Under the pieces are notes generated by a model. That model saw only the letters and a list, made by a program, of their open reading frames with translations, ran no database searches and was not told the origin of the DNA. A DNA stretch of 51,406 nt, taken from the IMG/VR virus record IMGVR_UViG_3300012204_000001. One strand, 5' to 3'. The stretch's first letter is position 1. Each line of letters starts with the position of its first letter. This document shows positions 18,495 to 27,343 of the stretch, piece by piece. Source of the stretch: a virus. The position numbers were made by a program, and so were the translations under genes.

Positions 18495-19888
18495 GCTGCA
18501 ACCAAGCTCCCGCTGACGATAGAGGTTAGATTACACTTGAACTCGTCGATGTCGAACAAAGTGTGTTCGATCACGACTATTAGCATTGTACCACCAGTGA
18601 TACTCAGAAGTTCTGCTTTGAACTTATCTATATCGAACAGTGTATGCTCAATGACGACAACTGCCAAGACTCCACTCTGTATACTCGGAACCTCTGCCTT
18701 GAACTCATCGACATCAAATAGAGTGTGGTCGATGACAATTGCAGCCAACGTACCACTCTGGATTGAAAGCAAGTTAGCTCTGAACTCATCAATATCGAAG
18801 AGTGCGTGTTCGAGTATAATCGAGGCCAAGATACCTGAGATAACATCTGGACTTGGCCTAAATCCCTCAGGCTCCAAGATCTGGGGATAGAGTGTACTCT
18901 CCAAGCGCGATAACGAATATTGTCCAGCTACTACATTATGAGTTGAAATAACAGCAACAACTCTGAAATCTGTTGACCTGAACACTTCTTCTAGGTACTT
19001 GTCAGTAACTCCTGTGATAGGCGTGCTGTACTCCGTCCCATAACGATCTCTTTGTTGCCGATATACCAAACCATCTGCAACGTCGCTGATGTAGAACACC
19101 AAAACGTCAGAATCAGTGGTGTCCGGAGGATTGTCAAGTAGGCACCTTGGATTTCGACCAACTCCGAAGTCCGTTAACGTGAACGCTGGAATCAGCGGAT
19201 CAAACCAATAGAGCCATAAGTGACCCGAGATTTCTAGGCAAACTACTGCTCTGGCAAGCTGCTCAAAGGCCAGATCAATTTCACTCGCGACTCCCGCATA
19301 GGTGAAGAGGGCAACTTCTGATTCCCACGCGGTATTTGCGTCGTTGGCTCTTGCAACGTACACTGTGTTAGTAGTGTTGTCAGCACGAGCTTTCCAGACT
19401 CGATTGACTGGTCCAGAGTTAGCATCGCCAAGAGCAATAGGACCGAGACTATAAGAGACAAGATAGTCAGGTGATACCGCATCCGGTCTCTTGACCAGCG
19501 ATCCGCCCGCACCGAGAGCGTGCGTCGGGGTATCAAAATCGGCAAGGAACTCCCTAAGGTCGGACGACGCATCTGGATCAAATACCTCAACTTCAGGTGG
19601 CGTTTCTCCAGCAGGCGGTGTTACTATTACTACTTCACAAGACTGCTTGACAACAGTTGCCTTGGGAGGACATCCTTCCGCCGTGAAAACTGGAGTAAAG
19701 AGTTCGGAAACGCTTTGTACTACTTCTATCGGTAACGCCGCGTCAGTTTCAACTGCTGGAGCTAACGACTGCACGGCGAAATGTGCTGAGTCTACCTCAC
19801 TTGCGATACCGACGTGAACTAGCTTCTGCGGTGATACGCTAAGCGCAGAATCAGCTTCATTAACCTGTCCAACGTTGATATTTGGCAC
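18491..19888 (-). CDS. virion structural protein (465 aa) with C-terminal 27-aa tandem repeats
   Basis: Long ORF. The last 117 aa are four and a third copies of I.SG.L..VVIEHTLFDIDEFKA.L.S. Confidence 0.7.
   Translation of the reverse strand: MPNINVGQVNEADSALSVSPQKLVHVGIASEVDSAHFAVQSLAPAVETDAALPIEVVQSVSELFTPVFTAEGCPPKATVVKQSCEVVIVTPPAGETPPEVEVFDPDASSDLREFLADFDTPTHALGAGGSLVKRPDAVSPDYLVSYSLGPIALGDANSGPVNRVWKARADNTTNTVYVARANDANTAWESEVALFTYAGVASEIDLAFEQLARAVVCLEISGHLWLYWFDPLIPAFTLTDFGVGRNPRCLLDNPPDTTDSDVLVFYISDVADGLVYRQQRDRYGTEYSTPITGVTDKYLEEVFRSTDFRVVAVISTHNVVAGQYSLSRLESTLYPQILEPEGFRPSPDVISGILASIILEHALFDIDEFRANLLSIQSGTLAAIVIDHTLFDVDEFKAEVPSIQSGVLAVVVIEHTLFDIDKFKAELLSITGGTMLIVVIEHTLFDIDEFKCNLTSIVSGSLVAA
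18494..18844 (-). repeat. 81-bp (27-codon) in-frame tandem repeat, about 4.3 copies
   Basis: Read from the translation: VISGILASIILEHALFDIDEFRANLLS / IQSGTLAAIVIDHTLFDVDEFKAEVPS / IQSGVLAVVVIEHTLFDIDKFKAELLS / ITGGTMLIVVIEHTLFDIDEFKCNLTS / IVSGSLVAA. Confidence 0.85.
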
Positions 19889-20356
19889 TTACGCAGCTCT
19901 GTAGAATCCAGCTGCATTGATGACTGCCACGATGTCAGTTCCATCAGGCGTAACAGCGAACGTATGATGTGTCAGCGGGATGATTGCCGAATCAGCACTG
20001 GAGTTCGGATCATAGCCGACGACGATAGATCCCACAGCGTTACCTGTTGCCAAAGCCCAGGTAATATCTGGAATGTCCACGTCCATCCTGTTGTTGGTGT
20101 TGTCTGGTGTAGACCCAGCACCAGCTGCTAAGTCAGCGTCGGCCAAGAACTTCCGACCCATAGTGGTCTGCTCGTTGGTTGCGCCATCGAGAACTTCTGT
20201 AATACTGGCGCTATCCTCCAAGGCAGACTGTGCTTCCAGTCCAGATGATTCTAGCGGGATAATGACGAGTCTGGACGTTCCTGGGTCGTTTGACTTGACC
20301 CTATTCACAAACTCTGCTACACGACCCTTTGCGATGTTGAAAACGAAGTCAGCCAT
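19889..20356 (-). CDS. virion protein (155 aa)
   Basis: ORF between the adaptor-like gene and the repeat protein. No family recognised. Confidence 0.6.
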   Translation of the reverse strand: MADFVFNIAKGRVAEFVNRVKSNDPGTSRLVIIPLESSGLEAQSALEDSASITEVLDGATNEQTTMGRKFLADADLAAGAGSTPDNTNNRMDVDIPDITWALATGNAVGSIVVGYDPNSSADSAIIPLTHHTFAVTPDGTDIVAVINAAGFYRAA

Positions 20357-20359
20357 TGT

Positions 20360-21016
20360 TCACCCCAGGTAGTCGTCAGACCGGCGAAGGACCTCCAACC
20401 CTGCACGCGGCGAGTCGATCTCCTCTTTGGCTTCCATTGGAATCGACGTATTGATTAAACTCTCCTGCAATTTCTTCGTGGCTGCAGATCGGTCGAATGC
20501 ACCTTGGTCAAGGAACGCTCTCCAATAAGCGCCGTAGAGAACAATCTCATGCCAGGTTTGTGGTAGTCCAGGTTGAGTGCCAGCCACTAAATCCGTTAAT
20601 ACCGTCCAGTACCGCTCGACGATTGTGTAGACCTGATCTGGTGTCGGCCACAGTCTAACGCCACAGCCTTCCCTGATATAATCTGTGGGTATGGCATAGG
20701 AGTCAGAGCCTTCTTGGTACTTGCCCTCGTACCAATCCTCGCTTTTCCGATTCAGAGGAATGTGTTGCAGTGAAGTTGGATGAACGATGGCGAGGTTACG
20801 CAGAGCCTCGAATGGAGACGGAACCGAGTAGAAGCGCTCACCAACTGCTGTAGCGAAGGTGAGGAGCACTTCTTTCTCTCGAAACTTGAACCGATCGAGA
20901 ACGTCCCAATATGACAGATTCAGGTATAAATCTGCTTCCGCATCTGGCATATCATCTTCATCGGTTCCAGTCGCGTTCCGTAACTTGGAGCGCATCGTCT
21001 CGACATCGAGTCCCAT
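20360..21016 (-). CDS. putative head-tail adaptor/connector protein (218 aa)
   Basis: Located after the capsid genes. The acidic N-terminal helix with ADLYLNLSYWDVL resembles head-tail adaptor families. Weak assignment. Confidence 0.5.
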   Translation of the reverse strand: MGLDVETMRSKLRNATGTDEDDMPDAEADLYLNLSYWDVLDRFKFREKEVLLTFATAVGERFYSVPSPFEALRNLAIVHPTSLQHIPLNRKSEDWYEGKYQEGSDSYAIPTDYIREGCGVRLWPTPDQVYTIVERYWTVLTDLVAGTQPGLPQTWHEIVLYGAYWRAFLDQGAFDRSAATKKLQESLINTSIPMEAKEEIDSPRAGLEVLRRSDDYLG

Positions 21017-21315
21017 TACATCCTCGTCGCGTAGATACTGATGTACGACTCTTGACCAGACTCGAGAATTTCAGCACATATTTCCGCTGGGCCTTGCACC
21101 AGAGGAACGTTACCATTCCCGTTGAACTGAATGATCTTTGGATGGTCAACGATCCCGTGTTCCGCTTGGACCTTCGTAAAGACTATGATCTGAATCTTTG
21201 AACTCACCAAGTTCTCAGACGTAATCTTCCACGAACCTCGTCCAAGCGGAACGCGCGGAAACGGCTTGCCTCTTGTGAAACCTGGGCGGGCGCCAATGAT
21301 AAGTCCCTGACGCAT
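21016..21315 (-). CDS. hypothetical head-module protein (99 aa)
   Basis: ORF with a 1-nt start/stop overlap to the adaptor-like gene. Confidence 0.5.
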   Translation of the reverse strand: MRQGLIIGARPGFTRGKPFPRVPLGRGSWKITSENLVSSKIQIIVFTKVQAEHGIVDHPKIIQFNGNGNVPLVQGPAEICAEILESGQESYISIYATRM

Positions 21316-21333
21316 ATGATGAAACCTCCTGTC

Positions 21334-21828
21334 CTAGCGGTGATTGATCAGCGCGAGGATCTTGTCTCCTGCGTTCGCGGCAGCTTCGAGCGCGATGCCG
21401 ATAATTTGACCTTGCGTCGCAGAAGCTGAGTCATCCACACGTCCTGCAGTTGTGGCGCCCTGTGTGAGCTGGCCAGCAGCTGCAATCGCGGCATCAGCGA
21501 TAACCTTGAATTTGCCAAGGTAGCCGACGAGTACAACCTCGTTCACCAGCGCTGCCTGCAGACCAACTGCGCCGTCATCCTGGAGCACACGGTAGTCAGT
21601 GCGAAAACCTCCGACGACAACACCAGCGAACTTCTGGTAGCTAGCAGGGGTGTTGTTCTTGTTCACCGCGAATGCCGCAGAAATGAACACGACATCACCG
21701 ATGAGAAGAGTTGCTGCTGCGTTATACGCCAAGATGAGGCCACCAGGCGTATCCGCATCGTTCTCCTGCTCCCCTTGGTAAAGATACCCAAAGGCAGTAG
21801 GCTGATAGTCGCCACCTTCGTAGGACAT
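21334..21828 (-). CDS. DUF2190-like head decoration/cement-type protein (164 aa)
   Basis: Gly/Ala/Val-rich beta protein (IGDVVFISAAF..., GQIIGIALEAAANAGDKILALI) typical of DUF2190 proteins found next to capsid genes. AGGAGG RBS. Confidence 0.5.
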   Translation of the reverse strand: MSYEGGDYQPTAFGYLYQGEQENDADTPGGLILAYNAAATLLIGDVVFISAAFAVNKNNTPASYQKFAGVVVGGFRTDYRVLQDDGAVGLQAALVNEVVLVGYLGKFKVIADAAIAAAGQLTQGATTAGRVDDSASATQGQIIGIALEAAANAGDKILALINHR

Positions 21829-21842
21829 GACTTCCTCCTATC

Positions 21843-22757
21843 TCAGGTGGGGTTGACCCCAACCCAGCCCTTCCAATCCACGAACCAGATCAGAAAGCGG
21901 GTCGTGGTCTTGTAGAGCGCGGCGTCGGTGTTGAAGTCGAAATCGTCATCGAACTCGACGGCGCGCCGAGTGACGTAATGCGCGTCGTTGTACCGCTGGT
22001 CGATGAAGAAATACGACTTCGTGGACTGCTTGAAGTGCGAGACTTCGACCTGCATACTCGGCATCCGAGCCTTGATCGCGTTGTCCTGGTTGTTCGCGGT
22101 GAAGGGCTCTTTTGCTGAGTTGAAGATCTGCCACGCACGGTTGATGTCGCCAGCGTTGTTGCCGATGATGAGCTTGTTCGGCCACATCTTGGTCGGATCA
22201 CCGTTTTCATCCTTCATGAGCCCATAGAGGTCCATGACAGCGGTGACGCCAGTGATGGAGAGACCGACATCGGCAGCAGGCCGGTTTGCGACCGTCACGC
22301 CGCTCGTCCCAATGAGCGTGTGCGCGGTGTGGCACAGCGCGAGTGCGTCGATGCCCTTGAACACTGATCCTGCGAAGGCATCGTCCAGCAGCGCTGCGGA
22401 GCGATACTCGGATGTCATCCGAGCAGCGTGTGCCAGCCACTTGGCAGCTTGGTTCGCCTTGCCGTACTGATCATCTTCGACCGTGCGGCGGGTGATCATG
22501 AAGCCGAGGGCGAACTCCTTGTCCACACCCATGACCTTGGGACCGATGATCGCATCCTCGTAGGTCACAGGCTCACCGTCACCACGCTCGAGTAACCTAC
22601 TCGGTCCGGTCATGATGGTGGCGGCCTGCTCCGCTTTGTCCGTAGTCTCCGCTGCCAGATACACCGGATACTCCGGCTCGTACTCATCGTACGAGTCGCG
22701 GAAGTCCGGTCGGAGACCAGGACGGAACAGAAGGTTGAATGCTCCCTGTGTGACCAC
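21843..22757 (-). CDS. major capsid protein (304 aa from GTG 22757)
   Basis: Position after the scaffold-like genes and a size near 33 kDa. Strong RBS gaggaaaggaag before GTG 22757. The track ORF extends to 22931, but that part overlaps the upstream gene and intergenic signals. Confidence 0.7.
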   Translation of the reverse strand: MVTQGAFNLLFRPGLRPDFRDSYDEYEPEYPVYLAAETTDKAEQAATIMTGPSRLLERGDGEPVTYEDAIIGPKVMGVDKEFALGFMITRRTVEDDQYGKANQAAKWLAHAARMTSEYRSAALLDDAFAGSVFKGIDALALCHTAHTLIGTSGVTVANRPAADVGLSITGVTAVMDLYGLMKDENGDPTKMWPNKLIIGNNAGDINRAWQIFNSAKEPFTANNQDNAIKARMPSMQVEVSHFKQSTKSYFFIDQRYNDAHYVTRRAVEFDDDFDFNTDAALYKTTTRFLIWFVDWKGWVGVNPT

Positions 22758-22793
22758 TACTACTTCCTTTCCTCTGCGCTCAAATTTAGCTGA

Positions 22794-22824
22794 TAAAAAT
22801 GAGCGCCGTTGAATTGTTACGGCG
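22794..22824 (-). terminator. hairpin plus T-run, attenuator/terminator candidate upstream of the capsid gene
   Basis: On the minus strand: CGCCGT-aacaattca-ACGGCG followed by CTCATTTTTA. The stop codon of gene 22817..23308 lies in the loop. Confidence 0.35.
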
Positions 22825-23308
22825 TGGAGAGCACCGCCTCCAAGAACTTGCAGAAGAAGATCTTGTTGTCGATGTCCACGTCGACGATCTCGAAGACCAA
22901 CGCTGTGACTTCGGTGATGTCCAGCACCCACTCACCAGCGCCAGTCTTGAGGACACCGTACTTCTCGTCGATGTTGGTGATGGCTGGAGTCACCGGATCG
23001 GTGCCGCCACTCACCGCACGCATGGAGAAGATGGTGTTGCGATCTGCCTTGAACATCGAGACTTCCTGAACCCGTCCAGTTACCACCGTCGGGCTGTTCG
23101 CAGCATCGAACCCAGGCTTGGAGCCTGCGTTTTCACATGCGACACCAGCGACCAACGCGGGATCAGCACCGCACTCCGAGACTTCCCCTGCGGCGGTGTA
23201 GACCACTAGCGCACCGCGGAGAAAGGTTTGGCCCGTCGTGTATGGTGCGGAGATAACCAGAGGCACTCCGCCATTCGGAACACGGGCCGCTGTGATTCTA
23301 CGTCCCAC
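22817..23308 (-). CDS. DUF2190-like protein (163 aa)
   Basis: GQTFLRGALVVYTAAGEVSECGADPALVAGVACENA fits the DUF2190 core pattern. It is a second such gene flanking the capsid gene. Confidence 0.5.
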   Translation of the reverse strand: MGRRITAARVPNGGVPLVISAPYTTGQTFLRGALVVYTAAGEVSECGADPALVAGVACENAGSKPGFDAANSPTVVTGRVQEVSMFKADRNTIFSMRAVSGGTDPVTPAITNIDEKYGVLKTGAGEWVLDITEVTALVFEIVDVDIDNKIFFCKFLEAVLSTP

Positions 23309-23318
23309 GGTGACCTCC

Positions 23319-23900
23319 TTACTTGATGATCGTCGCTCCTGCGGGAACCTTGACGCCCTCGTTCACCTTCTGGAGAGCTGCTTCGAGATCTGCTTTGCGA
23401 GCTGCTCGGGAGGCTGACTCCTCGATCACAGGCATCCCGATTGCTTCGCTCTGAGCCTTGAACTCCGACTCTTCCTTCTGACGCTTCGTTGTCGCCCCTG
23501 GCTTGCCGTTCATCCGCTCGAAGTTATCGCGCCTAATCTCGTCGATAATATCCTTCGTTTCACGGTCGCAGGTCATGAAAACCGTGTCCCCGACAATGGA
23601 CCTCCCATCGCCCTCGTCATGGAGGGCTCGCTTTACAGCAAACTCATCGTCGATCTTGAAGCCGAGCATCTTCATGCGGTAGATTTCCGACTTGTCGTTC
23701 GGCACCCATTCGCCATGAACTTCAGGTGGGAGATCGACAGTCAAACGATCAGCGATCATTCCACGCTCAAGAATCCGAGCGAGTTTCGCTTTCTTCTCTG
23801 CGCGAAGCTTCTGGATCTCCTTCGGGTCAGACTTGATCGCCTCGGACATGGGAAACTCTGCACCAGACGAGGGATCGACTACTGTGCGTTCGATGGACAT
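23319..23900 (-). CDS. head-module protein (193 aa), function unknown
   Basis: Charged helical termini with a central beta region. It lies between the scaffold-like and DUF2190-like genes. Confidence 0.6.
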   Translation of the reverse strand: MSIERTVVDPSSGAEFPMSEAIKSDPKEIQKLRAEKKAKLARILERGMIADRLTVDLPPEVHGEWVPNDKSEIYRMKMLGFKIDDEFAVKRALHDEGDGRSIVGDTVFMTCDRETKDIIDEIRRDNFERMNGKPGATTKRQKEESEFKAQSEAIGMPVIEESASRAARKADLEAALQKVNEGVKVPAGATIIK

Positions 23901-24766
23901 TATTTCTTCTCCGGTCTGCCGATTTGTGATCTGACAACTTCCTCGGGCGGAACGTCCAGCCAGTCGAGGTATTGCTCCGGAGACTGTCCACGCTCACGAG
24001 CGAGACGGCGTTCGTTCTCGGTGAGTTCGCGGCGCTCTTTCTTTGTCCCTGCTTCTGTTCCAGGGACAGTTGGCGCGCTTGGCCGAAGATGAGGAGGCGT
24101 GACCACAGTTGGCTCCGTAGTAGGAGGTTGAGGAGGAGTCGGTCTCGGCGTAGTTGTTGGTGCCGCGACTCCAGGTAACTGCCCTCTATAGTACGCCCCA
24201 GACGCTGCCAACGCTGCAACACCGAGAAGCTGGTTGTTGACCTCGTTACCAGCTGCGACAGCCTGCTCCACGAAGCTGTCAATCGTACCTTCGATGTGAG
24301 GCCAGATGTCACCGTACTGCGCCTTCAAACCAGCTTTCATCCTGTCGTAGGCTGACGCGCCTTCCGTGCGGACTCTGAAGTCATTGAGCGGTCCTACTGT
24401 GCGCTTGAGTTCTTCCTGAATCAGAGTCTGCATCGCGCCGATTGGATTCTTCCAGAACTCCTGATTGAGTTCATCGGCGTCAGGTGCTGGTGCTTCCAAC
24501 TTTCTCACGCGCTCGTCTACACCACGCATCCGCTGCGTGATCTGCGCGTTCATGTCACGAATGACTTGATCCTGTGCGGCGATGAGCTGCTTCGCACGAT
24601 CAAGCTCTTCCTGCGGAACACCAGCTCCTGGAGCTGTTGGTTCAGTAGGAGGGGCCGGTGGGTCGCTCGTCGGCTGGGTTCTCTGGGATGCTAATTCCGC
24701 TGCCGACTTGACTGGGGTTCCCGACCCAGGTGTCCCTGTAGGAACTGGTTGTACTGGTGCCGCCAT
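23900..24766 (-). CDS. scaffolding-like protein (288 aa)
   Basis: Directly after the portal gene. Pro/Thr-rich termini and a long helical middle (QEELDRAKQLIAAQDQVIRDMNAQITQRMR). Call is by position and composition. Confidence 0.55.
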   Translation of the reverse strand: MAAPVQPVPTGTPGSGTPVKSAAELASQRTQPTSDPPAPPTEPTAPGAGVPQEELDRAKQLIAAQDQVIRDMNAQITQRMRGVDERVRKLEAPAPDADELNQEFWKNPIGAMQTLIQEELKRTVGPLNDFRVRTEGASAYDRMKAGLKAQYGDIWPHIEGTIDSFVEQAVAAGNEVNNQLLGVAALAASGAYYRGQLPGVAAPTTTPRPTPPQPPTTEPTVVTPPHLRPSAPTVPGTEAGTKKERRELTENERRLARERGQSPEQYLDWLDVPPEEVVRSQIGRPEKK

Positions 24767-24837
24767 GTGACCCTCTCTCAGCTAATGTTGAAAGTATTTC
24801 TAAGCCTAAGCGAAAACCTTCGAGTTTTCCACGGCGC

Positions 24838-26808
24838 TCAAAAGCTTCTTCTGCCGTTTGGAACGCCAGGAACTCCGTTACCACCAGCTGCTCCAAGCGT
24901 CTGAATAATTGAAGCAAGCTGGCCCATTCCCGCCTCTTCACCAGCTCCACCAGGTCCGATTGCTGCTCTTGGCTGAGCTGCTGATTGAGGACCTCCGCCG
25001 CCGATGGCATTAGGCGTGGCTCCACTCCCCATCTTGAGGAGTTCGCTAAGGATGATGCGTTCTTCGTTCTTAACTTCGAACGTTTCCAACACTTGTCTCA
25101 TTGCCTCGGTTCCGGCGACGAGTCCCTTCTGGATTATATACTGTATTAGCTGTTGATTTCCGCCCATTTGAGCGAGCTGCAACATCCCGGTATAGTATTG
25201 TTGCAAGATGGTGGCAACCTGCATCCAGTTCTGTCTATCGAGTACTTTGTTCTGTTGCTGACCTGCGGCGTTCAGCTCAATCAGCAAACCGTGGCGAATC
25301 AGCTCAACAGGCATATCGAAGAACTGTTGAACCATTCGTCCACCTTCGGCTACTTCCCAATACTCGACACGACGAGGGCCGAACTGCTGCACTACTACTG
25401 CTGTGTCAATGATCAGCTCCTGCACGAACTCTTTCACGTTTTGGTAAACGTAGTCGAACTTTTTCGCTCCTTCTTGGATGCGCGCAAGGTCGCCAGTAGC
25501 CGTGCCAGGAGTACCCGCAGGAGGTTGGCCAAGAGTTGTCTCGTTAACTCCTGATCGCTGCTGCGAGTACATGAGGGTGGCTTGTTCATTATTGAATGCA
25601 GAGTTATAGACTTCTCCAAGCTGCATGGTTTCAACATGGCTCATGTCATCCACGAACCACATCTTACCAGGGAAGATCGGTTCACCTGGCTTATAACCAG
25701 CGAGCTTGGAAATCTTTATCATCCGCATGTTCGCCAGCGTAGCGTTGTCGAGACGCTGACGATGTTGCGTCGTGATCTCACGCTGGAACTGCTCGTTCTG
25801 CTTACAGATGCCGATGCCAGTCCAACGATGTTCTACTGGGAAGTAGACGCCAACACGGTAGGGACGGTGCAGATCCTCATGCCAGTTGTATCGAGCTGAC
25901 ATGATGAAGCCTGCGCCACGATGGTAGTGGACTACGATCTCCTTATCGAACTTGCCTCCATCCACATTGAAGCTAACCCAGATTTCGACCCAATCTAACA
26001 ACTTTGGCCACACAGCCTCACGCTTCTCAAGAGTCTCTTGAGCGCGCTGGAACTTCCGTTCCTGTCCTGATGTACCTGTGACTGTTGATTTCGTGACCCA
26101 GCTCTCTAGCCTCTTAAAGGTCCCTTTCTTGAAGAAGCCAGACTGCTCCATCGTCAGGACTTCGTATGGAGACCTCGCGTGTTCCTCTCCACACCAGGGT
26201 GATGTCTGGGGGTCGGTTGCTGAGAAGGGCATGAGGAAGCGACCACTTGCGACTGGATCAAGAACTGCTCCATCTCGAACTGTGACGGGGTACTCGGACT
26301 CGATTCCTCCAACTTGACGGACTGCGGTGCGAACGATCTTCTCATATCCCACCTTTCCTATGCCAGTGCCGAACTTCTCGATTTCCAACACAGCAGAGTC
26401 AAGCCGACGACGGACCTTCATCTCTTTCAGTAGCTCGTGATCCAAAAAGCGCTCCACAGGGCGCGCGTAGTCCTGCCAAGAAGGCGAGCGTGCTTGAGCT
26501 GAGACCATTTGGTTGAGTGCGAACAATGTCGTCATAGTCCTCGCATGGACAGCCTCTACAGCAATCGCTGTCAGCGGAATAACGATAGTTGCCGCACCTG
26601 AGAACGGGAAGGTCGCTCTTTTTGTAGTCGGCTCCGCCCAGTAGTCCTTCTGGTACGAGAGCAGCCGGTCCATCCATGGCTGTCGCTCTGCGTAATGGTT
26701 CAAAAGCTCGGACTCTAGGTACGAGACGAGCCTTCTCTCTGTATCTTCGTCGAGATTTAGTTCACGAGGGTAGTCAGCCACGTCATCTCGCCGTGTTATA
26801 GGCTGCAC
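24838..26808 (-). CDS. portal protein (656 aa)
   Basis: Size and position downstream of the large terminase. The Gly-rich C-terminal tail is typical of portals. No search run. Confidence 0.75.
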   Translation of the reverse strand: MQPITRRDDVADYPRELNLDEDTERRLVSYLESELLNHYAERQPWMDRLLSYQKDYWAEPTTKRATFPFSGAATIVIPLTAIAVEAVHARTMTTLFALNQMVSAQARSPSWQDYARPVERFLDHELLKEMKVRRRLDSAVLEIEKFGTGIGKVGYEKIVRTAVRQVGGIESEYPVTVRDGAVLDPVASGRFLMPFSATDPQTSPWCGEEHARSPYEVLTMEQSGFFKKGTFKRLESWVTKSTVTGTSGQERKFQRAQETLEKREAVWPKLLDWVEIWVSFNVDGGKFDKEIVVHYHRGAGFIMSARYNWHEDLHRPYRVGVYFPVEHRWTGIGICKQNEQFQREITTQHRQRLDNATLANMRMIKISKLAGYKPGEPIFPGKMWFVDDMSHVETMQLGEVYNSAFNNEQATLMYSQQRSGVNETTLGQPPAGTPGTATGDLARIQEGAKKFDYVYQNVKEFVQELIIDTAVVVQQFGPRRVEYWEVAEGGRMVQQFFDMPVELIRHGLLIELNAAGQQQNKVLDRQNWMQVATILQQYYTGMLQLAQMGGNQQLIQYIIQKGLVAGTEAMRQVLETFEVKNEERIILSELLKMGSGATPNAIGGGGPQSAAQPRAAIGPGGAGEEAGMGQLASIIQTLGAAGGNGVPGVPNGRRSF

Positions 26809-27343
26809 AAGCTACTGTACCGGCCCCAAAGCCGATCCCTAACATCTTTAGTTTGTAAAGAAAAGACGGCTTTTTGGGCTCTGGGAACGGTGCAAACGTC
26901 ATTTTTGGTGTTGGCGTCGAGTCTGCGTCAATTCCGATCAGAATTCCTGGAATGTAGACCCGAGAAATGTCCAAATTACCGCTCCGTAACGAAAAAGTAG
27001 CAACAGAAGCAGTGTCACCCAGCTTAGTCCCGCCGTGATACGACAAAACAGGACGAATCTGCGATCGTTGGGCAGTGTCACAGGGGATTCTAACGTACTC
27101 AGTATCCACATGGGTGACACTGTGGACAAGGTTGAGCGTATCCGTCGTCGCTTTCCGTCTTTTCCAGATACGCACAGAGTCCTTGAACCATTCTGGAACT
27201 GTTTTGACTGTATCATACTGCGTTATTATGATCGGAACTGCTGGTTTTGTTATCGTTCGAGGCAAAAACTCACGAGTTGCAAAGCCAGTCGTCAGTGCTG
27301 TGACAGCGATCAACGCGAGAGTTGCCTTAAAATCCATTTTCAC
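26783..27343 (-). CDS. membrane-anchored protein (186 aa) between terminase and portal
   Basis: N-terminal hydrophobic segment ATLALIAVTALTTGFA and C-terminal segment MLGIGFGAGTVACAAY. ATGA overlap with the terL stop. Confidence 0.6.
   Translation of the reverse strand: MKMDFKATLALIAVTALTTGFATREFLPRTITKPAVPIIITQYDTVKTVPEWFKDSVRIWKRRKATTDTLNLVHSVTHVDTEYVRIPCDTAQRSQIRPVLSYHGGTKLGDTASVATFSLRSGNLDISRVYIPGILIGIDADSTPTPKMTFAPFPEPKKPSFLYKLKMLGIGFGAGTVACAAYNTAR

Noticed and set aside
18494-18844. Possible CRISPR array or DGR variable/template repeat
   Set aside because: The repeats are contiguous with no spacers, in frame, and inside a long ORF. No cas genes and no reverse transcriptase exist anywhere in the genome.
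18483-18890. 135-aa plus-strand ORF across the tandem repeats
   Set aside because: It is the mirror image of the 27-codon repeats on the coding minus strand. It is Ser/Ile-rich and repetitive only because of the antisense repeat.
21890-22440. Several minus- and plus-strand ORFs (21890..22210, 21946..22185, 22207..22440, 22234..22470) inside the capsid gene
   Set aside because: They are alternative frames of a GC-rich, highly expressed gene. They are Arg/Ser-rich and mutually overlapping, with no independent signals.
24642-25025. 127-aa minus-strand ORF overlapping the portal 3' end and the scaffold start
   Set aside because: It is out of frame with two well-supported genes, has no RBS, and spans the intergenic hairpin. 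It is probably spurious.
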